From positions 64,001-128,000 of the forward strand of contig CAVVUS010000010.1 of NCBI GenBank assembly GCA_963751345.1: a stretch of 64,000 nucleotides of DNA. Reading direction: 5' to 3'. Shown one piece after another: positions 1 to 10,755 of the stretch (positions are counted from its first letter, which is position 1; each line of letters starts with the position of its first letter). The notes under the pieces are model-generated. The model was not told where the DNA came from, did not search any database, and worked only from the letters and a program-made list of their open reading frames with translations. This DNA comes from an uncultured Chloroflexia bacterium. Lineage in GTDB: Bacteria > Chloroflexota > Anaerolineae > B4-G1 > SLSP01. Both the position numbers and the translations under genes were made by a program.

Positions 1-233
1 GCGATGCGATAGAGCCAGGCCTTGAACGGGGCCCCTGTCTCCTGATACCTATGAAGACTGCGAAGCGCACGATAGAACGTTCGTGACGTGAGATCTTCGG
101 CCTCCGTTTGATTCGACGTGTGCCTGTAGTGGTAGCCGTAGATCTGCTTGACGTATCTTTGATAGAGCTCGCCAAACTCCTCTGGTTCGGCCTTGGCTCT
201 AGCTATGAGGTCGCGCTCTTCACCGTTTGTCAT
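1..233 (-). CDS. ECF-type RNA polymerase sigma-70 factor (N-terminal part; runs off window)
   Basis: Manual translation from ATG at 233: MTNGEERDLIARAKAEPEEFGELYQRYVKQIYGYHYRHTSNQTEAEDLTSRTFYRALRSL...FKAWLYRIA, matching sigma region 2 motifs. Confidence 0.88.
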   Translation of the reverse strand, partial: MTNGEERDLIARAKAEPEEFGELYQRYVKQIYGYHYRHTSNQTEAEDLTSRTFYRALRSLHRYQETGAPFKAWLYRI

Positions 234-530
234 TAGATCCCCCAGGAAGAAGTATAGCATACCCATACCTTCCTGGACAATCTCGAATGATCCGGTGACG
301 TAAACTCACGCCCTCCTTTTTCAACCCTTACAACACGCTATGCTCTCGAAAGTTGCGCTCAGTTGGCGATTTTCTCTCGATGGCAGTCATACCAATGTCC
401 TGTCCCTCCGCTGTAGTTGCGTGGTTGTGGTAGGAGGTATAATAGGTTCTAACCTTGCCGTGACAGCCGCCGATTCTGCGCAGCAGTTCTGTCTGCAACC
501 CAACGCGGCAGGCCAACAAGGAGTCTCGCT

Positions 531-1376
531 ATGGAATACGTGCCCGGCATCGATGCGTCTCGCTGGCAAGGCGCGATGGATTGGCAGGAGATCGCGGCTG
601 GCGGCTACCGGTTCGCCATTATCCGTGCGACGATCGGCGATCAGTACACAGATCCTCAGTTCCAGGCTAACTGGGATGGCGCCCGCGAGGCCGGTTTGCT
701 CGTCACCGCCTACCACGTTGTGACCCCCAAGGTCCCGGCCGAAGTGCAGATGGCACGCTTCTACGAGGTGCTGGACGACCGCATCTCTGACATCCCGTTG
801 GTATTGGATGTCGAGCGCAGTGATGGTGCGAATCAGGATGAGATCTCGCGTTGTGTCAGAGACTGTCTTCGGGAGATCGAGGGGCGCGAGGCTCGAAAGC
901 CGATTGTCTACACAGCACGTTGGTACTGGAATCGTTACGTCCTATCGTCCCCCGAGTGGCAGACGTACGATCTTTGGGTGGCAAGTTACACGCCCGATCC
1001 CCTGCTGCCCAAGGATTGGACTTCGTGGCGCTTCTGGCAGCATTCGAACAGTGGCGAGGTGTCGGGGTCGGGTTCAAGGTCGACGGATCTGAATTGGTTT
1101 GCCGGAACCTATGAGGACCTGCTCGCCTATGCGGGCAAGGAACAGCAGCCTCCTCCCGAGCCCATCGCGCCCTGGCGCATGCGCGTGGTGATCCCCAAGC
1201 TCAATGTCCGCAGCGGACCGGGCCGGACTTACAAAGACTTGGGTGACCTGCACGAGGGAGACATGATCGAGGTCTTGGCCCTTGCAGGCAAGGACGCGTG
1301 GGTCGAGTTCGAACCGGGAAGGTGGGCAGCCTTCTCACTTGATGACGATGAGCCCTATCTGGAACCGGCGCCTTAG
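531..1376 (+). CDS. GH25 family lysozyme/muramidase with C-terminal SH3b domain
   Basis: GIDASRWQG, LVLDVE, WVASY, FWQHS and DLNWF GH25 motifs; LNVRSGPG SH3b motif; AAGGAG RBS. Confidence 0.9.
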   Translation: MEYVPGIDASRWQGAMDWQEIAAGGYRFAIIRATIGDQYTDPQFQANWDGAREAGLLVTAYHVVTPKVPAEVQMARFYEVLDDRISDIPLVLDVERSDGANQDEISRCVRDCLREIEGREARKPIVYTARWYWNRYVLSSPEWQTYDLWVASYTPDPLLPKDWTSWRFWQHSNSGEVSGSGSRSTDLNWFAGTYEDLLAYAGKEQQPPPEPIAPWRMRVVIPKLNVRSGPGRTYKDLGDLHEGDMIEVLALAGKDAWVEFEPGRWAAFSLDDDEPYLEPAP

Positions 1377-1475
1377 TCGGGGGAAAGCGAGTTGCGCAAG
1401 ATTGCCGCCGACGAATTCCCTAGTTTTGGATCTGCATGCTCTTGCGTTTTCTGAATATATTGTGTAGAATAGGGT

Positions 1476-2488
1476 ATGGCATTATCCACACTGAGATCTA
1501 CGACAACTCTGCAACGCGCGTCGGCTGTCATCTGGATAGCTTTTGTCTTGGCGCTCCTCGGCCTGACCCTCCCTATGCCGCTGATGGCGCGCCAATCTCC
1601 GGATGGCCCCTCACCTGATCCTGGTCGCAGGTATTTTGCAGGAGACCGAGTTCTGGGTCAGCGGCGATTTCCTGGATTTCTACGATACCCATGGCGGTCT
1701 GGAGATCTTCGGATACCCGATCTCTGCGCCCTACAATGAGCACGGCCTCCTCGTCCAGTATTTCCAGAACGCCCGGATGGAGTGGCATCCTCAGAACCCC
1801 GACCCCTACAAGGTGCAGTTGGGGCTGCTGGGCGATGAGTTGGGGGTTCGGCAGGACCCGGTCGCACAGCGCCCACTCTCTGCAGGCCGGGTGTACTTTC
1901 CCGAGACCGGTCACAGTGTGACGTACATGTTCCTGAAGTACTTCCGCTCTCACGGAGGCGTTGATCTCTTTGGTTATCCCCTCAGTGAGATGTTCGTCGA
2001 GAACCAGAAAGTCGTCCAGTATTACCAGCGGATGAAGCTGATCTGGACGCCTCAGACCGGTCGCATCACGGTGGGTAACCTTGGCGATCTCTACGTGAAC
2101 GCTCACAGAAGCAGCCTGCCCACCGAACGCGTTGGAGTCTCTCCCCTACCGGCTCAACAGCCAGGGCATGCCGGAGCTTCGCATGGCTCTTGGGTTGTCG
2201 CGCTCGGTTGCCAGGTCGGACAATAGCCAGATTGCGACCGTCGTTGTACTCGACGACCGCAATGATGAGCCGGTGGCCAATGCCCAGGTGAAACTCTCAC
2301 TGAGCCTGGAGAATGGCGGTCCGCTCCCCGACCGGACCCGTATCCTCGGCACGGATGCCCAGGGGCGGGCAAGATTCACGGTTCCGTTGGACGGCATCGA
2401 TCCGGGTACGTGGGTGGTGGTACAGGTTGAGGCTGCCTATGGGCCGGCTACGACGTCGCAGAGCCAGCTTTTCCTCGTGTGGTGGTAG
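1476..2488 (+). CDS. Secreted/surface protein with Chloroflexi-type FPETGH/GGxxxFGYP repeats and an Ig-like C-terminus (split over three frames)
   Basis: Signal peptide in ORF 1476; GGLEIFGYPIS, VQYFQNARME and YFPETGH in ORF 1603-2226; PVANAQVKL..TDAQGRARF in ORF 2132-2488; probably two indels. Confidence 0.7.
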
Positions 2489-2517
2489 GGCTCGCGTCCG
2501 GACACACTTGTCAAGCC

Positions 2518-2549
2518 AAAGCGGGCCGGTCGATCGACCGGCCCGCTTT
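2518..2549. terminator. Bidirectional intrinsic terminator (perfect 32-bp palindrome)
   Basis: AAAGCGGGCCGGTCGA|TCGACCGGCCCGCTTT between convergent genes. Confidence 0.8.
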
Positions 2550-2642
2550 TCTGTGGTATATCTCGCACGTCATAGGGCCTGAAATGGCGCGCCGGCGTGG
2601 GCCGGTCAGCCTGCCTCTCCCTATGGTTTGCGCCCGATCGTG

Positions 2643-3461
2643 TCAGTCGCCTGAGGGCTGAGGCTCCGACGAGAAGACGTATCCTACGCCCCGGACGTTG
2701 AGGATATAGCATGGGTTCTCCGGCGATGGCTCCAGCTTGCGTCTCAGCCGCCGGATGTGGACCCGCACGATCGATCGAGCGCCCCAAGAATCGGTCTCAT
2801 ACCCCTGCGCACACTTCACCAGCTCCTGCGGCGAACAGACCTCGTCGGCGTGGTTGACCAGGCACTCGAGCAGTCGGAACTCGGTGGGGGTCAGATCGAT
2901 GACCTCACCGTGTGAGGTGACGATGTGCTTGGCCTTGTCGATGATCACGTCGCCGACGGAGATCAGGTCATCGTCAGGGGGAGCGATGATCGCGACTTCC
3001 TCGATATTGTCGGTCTTGACCAGTTGCTGGAGCGTGGTTTGTAGTTGCTGAACCAGGGCACGGCGGTGTCTGCCCGCCTTGAGCTCCGACAATGCCCGCC
3101 TCACCGCGCTCAGTACCTCGTCCACAGGACACGGCTTGAGCAGGAAGTCGTAGGCTCCTTTGCGGAGGGCATGAATCGCCGTCTCCAGGGTGCCGTACCC
3201 CGTGATCAAGATGACCACCAACTCGTCCGACATCTGCCGAATACCATCCAGCACCTGCAGCCCGTCGATGCCCGGAAGACGCAAGTCCAGGATTGCAATG
3301 TCGAACGGGGGCGACTGCTGTCGGGCCAGGGTCAGCGCTTCCTCACCGGAGGCGGCCAACGTGACCTGGTATCCCTCCAGCCGTAGCACTTCGCCGAGGG
3401 TAATGCGTTCGGCTGCTTCATCGTCCACGATCAGAATCTTGGCGTAGCTCTCCATGATCAT
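2643..3461 (-). CDS. OmpR/PhoB-family response regulator
   Basis: REC domain (ILIVDDE, LLDLRLPG, KP) plus winged-helix (LTPTEFRLL, VHIRRLRRKLE, NVRGVGY). Confidence 0.93.
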   Translation of the reverse strand: MIMESYAKILIVDDEAAERITLGEVLRLEGYQVTLAASGEEALTLARQQSPPFDIAILDLRLPGIDGLQVLDGIRQMSDELVVILITGYGTLETAIHALRKGAYDFLLKPCPVDEVLSAVRRALSELKAGRHRRALVQQLQTTLQQLVKTDNIEEVAIIAPPDDDLISVGDVIIDKAKHIVTSHGEVIDLTPTEFRLLECLVNHADEVCSPQELVKCAQGYETDSWGARSIVRVHIRRLRRKLEPSPENPCYILNVRGVGYVFSSEPQPSGD

Positions 3462-3467
3462 AGTCTA

Positions 3468-5150
3468 TTAGTCCTCTGGGTTTGGATACTCAGGTAGACG
3501 GATGATAAACGTTGTTCCTCCGCCGGTAGGGCTCTCAACCTCAATCGTGCCGCTGTGTCGTTCGACGATCCCATAGCTGATCGCCAGGCCCAGTCCCGTG
3601 CCGGTCGGTTTGGATGTGTGAAAGGGTTCGAAAAGATGATCGCGAATCTCAGGAGAGATACCCGGTCCACTGTCGCGGAATGCTGCGACGACCTGTTTTG
3701 CCTCCGCATGGTGCGCCGTTCCAACCCATAGGGTGCCCCCCTCCGGCATTGCTTCGATCCCGTTGATCACCAGATTGAGAAAGACCTGGGTCAGCTGATT
3801 TGCAGTACCGCGCACCAATGGAAGGTTGGGGTTGAGACGGGATTCCACCTGGATGCGAGACTGCTGCAGCCGCTTGCTCGCAATGGCCAGGGCGTCCTGT
3901 ACCGGGCCGTTGATATCCAGGGCCTGCATTGCCGAGGAGGGTCGATAGAAGTCCAGCATGCGGTGCACGATCTGGACCAGCCGGTTTACCTCGTTTTGGG
4001 CCATCTCCAGGAAGCGCTGTTTCTGTTCCCCGTCAAGGCTCTTGTGCGACGCCAGATGCAGGCTGTTCTGAATCGCCTGGAGGGGATTGTTGATCTCGTG
4101 CGCCAACGATGCGGTGAGGCGTCCCACCGCTGCCATCTTTTCAGCCTGGATGAGCTGATTCTGGGATCGCTCGATCTCGTCGGCGAAGGCCTCCAGGTCG
4201 TGGAATAGCCAGGCTTTCTCGACAGCGATCACCACGGTCGCCGCGACGTGCTCCGTGAGCGTGATATCCTGTTCGCGCAATGTGTTATCGCGGCCAATGG
4301 CGACCAGGGCCCCTACCGCCTCATCGTTCTTCGCCAGCGGCACACACAGGATATCCAGGGGCGAGACCTCGAGAGCGTTGGCCCAGAAACCGGATGCCAC
4401 GCGCCGCTTGAAAATCGGGCATACGTCTGAGGCCATTTGCTGAAGCGACGGATCTTCCTGGGGAATCAGCCGCCCTTCCAGCCAGACCCCCACCGGACTC
4501 CGCGCCGCTCGGATCACCCAATCGTCGGACTCCTCATCGGTGAGCACGACCGCCAGGGCATCTGCCTCGATGAGGCGCGCGAGCCCGCTGAGCGCAGAGA
4601 CCAGAACCTCGTCCAGGTTCAGGCTTGATGAGATGGCCCGGTTGATCTCGTCCAGCGCCGCCAGCTCCTGGTTGCGCTGGCGCAACATGAGCTCTGTTCT
4701 TCGAATCCTGGCGACGACGCCAACCCTTGCCAGGAGCTCCTGGGGGTCGAAGGGCTTGATGATATAGTCGTCCGCGCCCATCTCGAGACCCCGGGTCTTG
4801 GCGGAAATGGAGTTCAGCCCCGTGATCAGGATGACGGGAATCTGTTGTAGCTCGGGGTCACTCTTCATCTTGGCCAGGATGTGGAAACCATCCTCGCCGG
4901 GCATCATAATGTCGAGCAGGACGATGTCCACCGGGGCTGCTTCGAGAACCTGTCGGTGGAGGAGGCGGAGTGCCGAGTCTCCATCGTGTTCGACGAGGAT
5001 CTCGCTGGGCAACAACTCCAGGACATTCTCGATTAGCTTGATCATCTCCGGTTCGTCGTCGACGATCAGAACGCGGGGCCGAGAGATATCCCCGCGATAT
5101 GCCAGTGTGGACCCTGGAGGTCGCGTTGTAGTCAGTGGCTGAAGCGACAT
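3468..5150 (-). CDS. Hybrid sensor histidine kinase (REC-GAF-HisKA-HATPase)
   Basis: N-terminal REC, GAF-like middle, AHEINNPL H-box, N box, DSGPG, GTGLGL. Confidence 0.93.
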   Translation of the reverse strand: MSLQPLTTTRPPGSTLAYRGDISRPRVLIVDDEPEMIKLIENVLELLPSEILVEHDGDSALRLLHRQVLEAAPVDIVLLDIMMPGEDGFHILAKMKSDPELQQIPVILITGLNSISAKTRGLEMGADDYIIKPFDPQELLARVGVVARIRRTELMLRQRNQELAALDEINRAISSSLNLDEVLVSALSGLARLIEADALAVVLTDEESDDWVIRAARSPVGVWLEGRLIPQEDPSLQQMASDVCPIFKRRVASGFWANALEVSPLDILCVPLAKNDEAVGALVAIGRDNTLREQDITLTEHVAATVVIAVEKAWLFHDLEAFADEIERSQNQLIQAEKMAAVGRLTASLAHEINNPLQAIQNSLHLASHKSLDGEQKQRFLEMAQNEVNRLVQIVHRMLDFYRPSSAMQALDINGPVQDALAIASKRLQQSRIQVESRLNPNLPLVRGTANQLTQVFLNLVINGIEAMPEGGTLWVGTAHHAEAKQVVAAFRDSGPGISPEIRDHLFEPFHTSKPTGTGLGLAISYGIVERHSGTIEVESPTGGGTTFIIRLPEYPNPED

Positions 5151-5281
5151 AATGGCTCGCTAGAACGAAATCCTCTCGCCTGCTACGTCCGTCTGACCGG
5201 ACACCATAGACAAAATCCGCCGTCCTGTGGGCAAGTGTGCCCCAGTCGTCGCGTTGATGGCTCTTCAGGGCGCTCGCTCAT

Positions 5282-5815
5282 CTAAGACGCTCTGCCATCG
5301 TCAAGGGCCAGGTTTACGGCCTCCTGCAAAGCCGTGAATCGTCCTGCGCTCATATCCAGCACACCAATGCGAGGTGTGTCATTCAGGCCGGCGAACACAC
5401 GCCGCCACGTCGCGTGAGTACCTGACAGCGGCACAAAGAAGACCCGCGCCTCCCTGAAGGCTTGGCGCGTATGGACGCGAACGGGCTCGTTATAGTGTAC
5501 TTCTAAGAGCCTGCCGGAATCGCGATAGAGCGCAAGGCTCTCATCTGACAGGCCGACGGCGCCTTCATATCCCGCCCAGTGGGCCACCCCATCGGAAAAG
5601 GCTGCCATGATTGCATCGTACTCCGGGTCTCCAGGGAAGAACATCACGGTCTCGCCATCCCAGTAGACGGTGATCCAGTCCGCGGGGGCATTGAATACCG
5701 TCAAGAACCATAGCGGATCCTCATTGGTGAGCGCGTTAACCCACCAGAATAGGAGGCCTCCTACTACGATCAAGATGCTGAATGCACTTAACAAACTGGG
5801 GCGTTTGCCTGGCAC
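5282..5815 (-). CDS. Hypothetical membrane-anchored protein
   Basis: ORF with one N-terminal TM helix; GTG at 5815 preceded by GGAGG and TATAAT (ATG 5830 is an alternative start). Confidence 0.7.
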   Translation of the reverse strand: MPGKRPSLLSAFSILIVVGGLLFWWVNALTNEDPLWFLTVFNAPADWITVYWDGETVMFFPGDPEYDAIMAAFSDGVAHWAGYEGAVGLSDESLALYRDSGRLLEVHYNEPVRVHTRQAFREARVFFVPLSGTHATWRRVFAGLNDTPRIGVLDMSAGRFTALQEAVNLALDDGRAS

Positions 5816-5861
5816 TGATGACCCTCCCATAAAGATTATAGTGTGGTTTATACAATTTGTG

Positions 5862-5913
5862 AAGCGCACACACGGGGCGGCGAGGAATTCCTCGCCGCCC
5901 CGTGTGTGCGCTT
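5862..5913 (-). terminator. Terminator-like perfect 52-bp palindrome downstream of the opp operon
   Basis: AAGCGCACACACGGGGCGGCGAGGAA|TTCCTCGCCGCCCCGTGTGTGCGCTT. Confidence 0.7.
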
Positions 5914-5952
5914 AGTCCGGGTGAGCACGTGCACGTGCTCGGCCGCTGTCTC

Positions 5953-6969
5953 TTAGCCGGCCTCTTTCTCGACAAGCCAACAGGCCACATAGTGGCCGTC
6001 GCCATAGTCCTTGAAGATCGGGATCTCTTTGTCGCAGAGACCCTTCATTGCGTAGCGACACCGCGGGTGGAAGTGGCAGCCCGGCGGAGGATTGATGGGG
6101 CTGGGCACGTCGCCCTCCAGAATGATGCGATCCCGCGAGCCGGCCTTCCGGGGGTCGGCGACCGGGATGGCCGACATCAGCGCCTGCGTATAGGGATGAA
6201 GTGGGTTCTCGAAGATCTTGTCGCGGGACGCGAGTTCGGCCATCTTCCCGAGGTACATAACTGCCACGCGAGTGCTGATGTGTTCCACAACGCTCAAGTT
6301 GTGGGCGATAAAGAGGTAGGTCAGTCCCAACTGCTCTTGCAGGTCCATCAGGATGTTCAGCACCTGGGCTTGGACTGAGACATCCAGGGCTGACACCGGC
6401 TCATCCGCCACGATGAACTTGGGATCGAGCGCCAACGCGCGGGCGATCCCGATTCGCTGTCGTTGCCCGCCCGAGAACTCGTGCGGATAACGTTTGGCGT
6501 GGAAATCCTCCATATTGACCAGGCGCAGGAGGTTGATCACGCGTTCCCAACGTTCCTGGGGTGTACCAACGCGGTGCACGACCAGCCCCTCCATGATACT
6601 CTCACCGATCGGCATCCGCGGATCGAGGGAGGAGAAGGGATCCTGGAAGACGATTTGCATTTCCCTACGGACATCCTTCATCTCCCGCCTGTTCAACTGG
6701 AAGATGTCACGCCCCTCGAAGAAGACCGATCCTTCTGTATGCGGGGTCAGGCGCAGCAGGGTTCTTCCGACCGTCGTCTTGCCGCACCCGGACTCGCCCA
6801 CAAGCCCGAGCGTCTCCCCTTGTTTGATGGAGAAACTCACATCGTCGACGGCCTTGACCTGGGCCGTTACCCGCTGCAGGAAGCCACTCCGCACAGGAAA
6901 GTACTTCACGAGGTTGTTGACGACGATGAGGTTGTCTTTCTCACGCTTGCTCGTCTTGACTTCAGCCAT
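5953..6969 (-). CDS. oppF: Oligopeptide/dipeptide ABC transporter ATP-binding subunit
   Basis: [29 protein letters not shown] and C-terminal CHFHPRC. Confidence 0.93.
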   Translation of the reverse strand: MAEVKTSKREKDNLIVVNNLVKYFPVRSGFLQRVTAQVKAVDDVSFSIKQGETLGLVGESGCGKTTVGRTLLRLTPHTEGSVFFEGRDIFQLNRREMKDVRREMQIVFQDPFSSLDPRMPIGESIMEGLVVHRVGTPQERWERVINLLRLVNMEDFHAKRYPHEFSGGQRQRIGIARALALDPKFIVADEPVSALDVSVQAQVLNILMDLQEQLGLTYLFIAHNLSVVEHISTRVAVMYLGKMAELASRDKIFENPLHPYTQALMSAIPVADPRKAGSRDRIILEGDVPSPINPPPGCHFHPRCRYAMKGLCDKEIPIFKDYGDGHYVACWLVEKEAG

Positions 6970-7985
6970 TATGCTTCCCCCTCGTCCTCATTGTCTTCGT
7001 AGAGCCAGCAGCGAACCTTGTGACCGGGCTCATATTCAATCAGGTGCGGCTCTTGTTCTGTGCAGATATGCAGATGATGCTCAATCCTGGCAAGACACCG
7101 CGGCGCGAATTTGCACCCCGGGGGCAGATCGATGAGGTTCGGCACAGAACCGGGAATCGTATCAAGACGCTCCTTGACGACGCCCATCACGGGGATGGAG
7201 GCCAGAAGTCCCCGGGTATAGGGGTGGTATGGCCGGTCGAAAAGCTCTTGCACCCTGGCCTGCTCGACGATACGTCCGGCATACATAACCGAGACCCGCG
7301 AGGCCATCTCGGCAACCACGCCCATGTCGTGCGTGATGAGGATAATCGAGGTGCCCAACTTGGCTTGCAGACCTCGCATGAGGTCGAGGATCTGGGCCTG
7401 GATGGTGACATCCAGCGCTGTGGTCGGTTCGTCCGCAATCAGCAGCTCGGGCTCGTTGGCCAGGGCCATAGCGATCATGACGCGTTGCGCCATGCCGCCG
7501 GAAAGCTCGTGCGGGAAGGCCTCTACCCGTTTCTCGGGCTCGGGGATACCCACCGTCCGCAGCAACTCCACGGCCTGTTGCCATCCCTGTCTCTTGTCGG
7601 TCCCTCGGTGGATCTCCAGCACCTCGGAGATCTGATCGCCGATCTTGAACACCGGATTGAGGCACGAGGTCGGCTGCTGGAAGATCATCGCGAGCTGGTC
7701 TCCCCGCATCTGGCGCATTTCTGACTCGGACAGGTCCAGAAGATCGCGCCCGTTAAACAGGACCTCACCATCGACGATCTTGCCCGGAATGCCCACCAAC
7801 TGCATGATTGAGAAGGATGTGACACTCTTGCCACAGCCCGATTCGCCGACCAGGGCCACGATCTCCCCCCGGCCCACATCGAAATCTACCCCGTCGACAG
7901 CCTTCACCACGCCATCTTCGGTGAAGAAATAAGTCTTGAGACCTCGTACATCCAGAATCGTCTCATTGTGCTTCAATGTTTCCAC
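6969..7985 (-). CDS. oppD: Oligopeptide/dipeptide ABC transporter ATP-binding subunit
   Basis: [35 protein letters not shown]. Confidence 0.93.
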   Translation of the reverse strand: METLKHNETILDVRGLKTYFFTEDGVVKAVDGVDFDVGRGEIVALVGESGCGKSVTSFSIMQLVGIPGKIVDGEVLFNGRDLLDLSESEMRQMRGDQLAMIFQQPTSCLNPVFKIGDQISEVLEIHRGTDKRQGWQQAVELLRTVGIPEPEKRVEAFPHELSGGMAQRVMIAMALANEPELLIADEPTTALDVTIQAQILDLMRGLQAKLGTSIILITHDMGVVAEMASRVSVMYAGRIVEQARVQELFDRPYHPYTRGLLASIPVMGVVKERLDTIPGSVPNLIDLPPGCKFAPRCLARIEHHLHICTEQEPHLIEYEPGHKVRCWLYEDNEDEGEA

Positions 7986-8001
7986 GTCATCTCCTCCTAA
8001 A

Positions 8002-8937
8002 TCACAGCTTCAGGCGCGGGTCGAGCGCGTCACGCAGGCCGTCACCGACGTAGTTGAAGGCCAGCGATGTCAGGAAGATCGCCAGACCCGGATAGAAAAC
8101 CTTGGCCGGCTGGCCCAACAGGCCTGCTTGAGCTGCTTGCAGCATATTGCCCCATGTAGGAACCGGGGGCTGGACGCCAAACCCGAGGAAACTCAGGGCC
8201 GACTCCAGCACGATCACACCGCCCAACCCCAGTGTCGCGTGGACGATGATGGGAGCCATCGCATTCGGAATCATATGACGCAGAATAATCCGACCATTCG
8301 ACATTCCCAGCGCCCTTGCGGCCTCGGAGAAGTCGAGCCCTCGCAGGCTCAACACCATGCCACGCACAAGGCGGCAGGTGCCCATCCACCCAAAGGCGAT
8401 CAGGATGACCACGATCACGACCACGCTGGTGTATTCGTCGGGCACGAAGGGTAAGGTGAAGCCCCGCAGAATCGCGCCGAAGGCTAACAGCAGGGGAAGC
8501 AGGGGGATCGTCAGCAGGAAGTCAACGATACGTTGTGTCAGACTGTCCACCCATCCACCATAGTATCCTGAGATCCCTCCTAGAACGGCGCCAAAGACCT
8601 CACTCACGAGCGTCACCACAAACGCGACGGTGAGCGAGATCCGTGCGGCGTACAACAACCTGCTGAAGACGTCCCTTCCGACGTCATCGGTTCCGAGCAG
8701 GTGCTCAGGGCTGGGGGGCACATTCCTGCTGTACGGATCCTGGTAGGTGATGGGGTCATAGGGCGCCACAACGGGGGCAAAGATCCCCATCAAGAGAAAG
8801 GCACCCAGGACGATCATCCCCGCGACGGCCAATCTGTGGCGTCTGAACCGACGCCAGACCACGAGGAACTGGCTTTCCTTTTCAGGTGTCAACAGACCTT
8901 CTGCATCAAGTTGCTCGACCATTGGTTCTTCTGACAT
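8002..8937 (-). CDS. oppC: Oligopeptide ABC transporter permease
   Basis: HLLGTDDVGRDVFSR, EAARALG, ESALSFLGFG, GDGLRDALDPR; likely start ATG 8937. Confidence 0.92.
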   Translation of the reverse strand: MSEEPMVEQLDAEGLLTPEKESQFLVVWRRFRRHRLAVAGMIVLGAFLLMGIFAPVVAPYDPITYQDPYSRNVPPSPEHLLGTDDVGRDVFSRLLYAARISLTVAFVVTLVSEVFGAVLGGISGYYGGWVDSLTQRIVDFLLTIPLLPLLLAFGAILRGFTLPFVPDEYTSVVVIVVILIAFGWMGTCRLVRGMVLSLRGLDFSEAARALGMSNGRIILRHMIPNAMAPIIVHATLGLGGVIVLESALSFLGFGVQPPVPTWGNMLQAAQAGLLGQPAKVFYPGLAIFLTSLAFNYVGDGLRDALDPRLKL

Positions 8938-8956
8938 AAGTAAATACCTCGACAGG

Positions 8957-10413
8957 CTACCCGTAGCGGATCCTGGGATCCACGATGGTATAAAGAATAT
9001 CGCCCACAAGTGTGGCGATGACGGTCAGCGCGGCGCTGATGAAGAGGAAGACCATCACGATCGGCCAGTCATCCGACCCCAAGGCATCGTAATACAGGCG
9101 GCCCATACCTTGCCACGAGAAGATTGTTTCAGTGATGGTAGCACCGCTGAAGATACCCGGAATCGTGAAGACGACGATCGTCACCAGCGGAATCAGGGCG
9201 TTACGCATCGCGTGCTTGACGATGACGAGACGCTCCGCGAGCCCCTTGGCACGCGCCGTGCGGACGTAGTCTTGCCGCAGCACGTCCAGCATAGAGGCGC
9301 GCATAAAGCGGCTCCAACTGGCCATGTAGAGAAGGCTCAGCGTCACGGTGGGAAGCATCGAGGTGCACTCCCTTGTCGACGAAGCCCCCCGGGACGGCAT
9401 TGAGCGCCCTCAGCAGGCTCCCGGTCGGAGCCGTTCGCACCGAACTGATCCCGCCGGCAGGCATATAGGGAATGCCCCATTGACGGAACTTGATGGAGAA
9501 GATCAGGATAAGCATGATCGCCAGCCAGAAGACAGGCATCGCGGTGCCGAAGAACGTAAAGGTCGTCACGATGTAGTCCAGCCGCGAGTACTGCTTGACG
9601 GCTGAGTAGATACCGATCGGAATGGCAATAACGAGCGAAAACACCGTCGACGCGATCATCAGCGTGATCGTGTTACGGAGCCGGCTCTTCATAATATCAA
9701 TGATGGGTTGCCCACGCGCGACGGACCATGAAGTGCCGAAGTCGAGGCGCAGCACACCGTGGCCGGTGCCGTGAAAGTGGGCGTCCTTTCCAAGAAGTCC
9801 GTAGGGTCCAAAGAGCCAGGAGACGTTGACCCAGTTGCCCTTGGGCCAGGCCGGGGCAAGGGGCGTTACCCACTCGGTTTGCGGGGTCGTCCTGACCCAG
9901 ATGTCCTCTGTGCTGCCGGATTCATCGACCTTCACGCTGTGACCGTCGACCTCGAGGATGGTTCCATCGATCACGTTGGCGGGCTGTTCCTCGTCGGGAC
10001 GGATCCACACCTTCGTTGCCGTGTAGACGGGGAGGCCGTCGTGCGTCGTTGGTGCCGGTCTGTTGACCGGTGACCCAGATCGCATACCCCCCCTTAGCGT
10101 AGGCGATGCCCGGCGCGGCCCAAAAGCGTATGCCGTCCGGGGCGTTGAGCCCCACATACATATAGTTGGCGCCCAGCCAATCCTCACCGACCAGCCACAC
10201 CAGGTACCGCAGCACCAGGGGCTTGTCGAGGCCCAGGTACGTCTCGAGGCGCGCCTTGTCGGCCTCGCTGAACCGCGCCTTGCGGTCGCCCTGCTGGTTC
10301 AGCCCTGAAAGGGGGCCACCCGGCGCCAGGTTTAGCAGTGCGTAGATGGCCATGGTCGCGACAAGGACGACTGCCACCATCTGTATCAAGCGGCGAATAA
10401 GATAACTTGTCAT
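8957..10413 (-). CDS. oppB: Oligopeptide ABC transporter permease with large extracytoplasmic insertion (split by 2 frameshifts)
   Basis: MTSYLIRRL N-terminus (to 9922), middle in 9201-10187, C-terminal YVRTARAKGL..DPRIRY in 8957-9400. Confidence 0.85.
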
Positions 10414-10699
10414 GCACAAGCTCCTTCCAAAATCATGCTTTCACGCGGATAATACCACATTCCTACTATGCGCGCGGCCTCTCTTTACCTTCCGTCACTA
10501 TTCTACTTGCCGATTGACGGGAAGGTTCAATGCTGGAGTGACTTTCCCTGGGAGGACTTCGCACTCAAGAAAACTCGTGATCGTTTCCTTCACAATCACG
10601 AGTTTTCTTGAACGCGCTGCCAAAGATCGGGGCCGACTGACGCGCAAGTGCGGATGACTCAAACGACGAACGTGGGTGAGTGGCGTCACGGGTCTCCCC

Positions 10700-10735
10700 A
10701 AAAACGGGTGGCAGCGCTCAGGCGCTGCCACCCGT
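10700..10735 (-). terminator. Intrinsic terminator/stem-loop after oppA
   Basis: 14-bp stem ACGGGTGGCAGCGC/GCGCTGCCACCCGT with T-run on the minus strand. Confidence 0.75.
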
Positions 10736-10755
10736 CAGAAGTAGATCGAGACACC

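Noticed and set aside
531-1376. GH25 lysozyme as evidence of a prophage
   Set aside because: No holin, structural or other phage genes nearby
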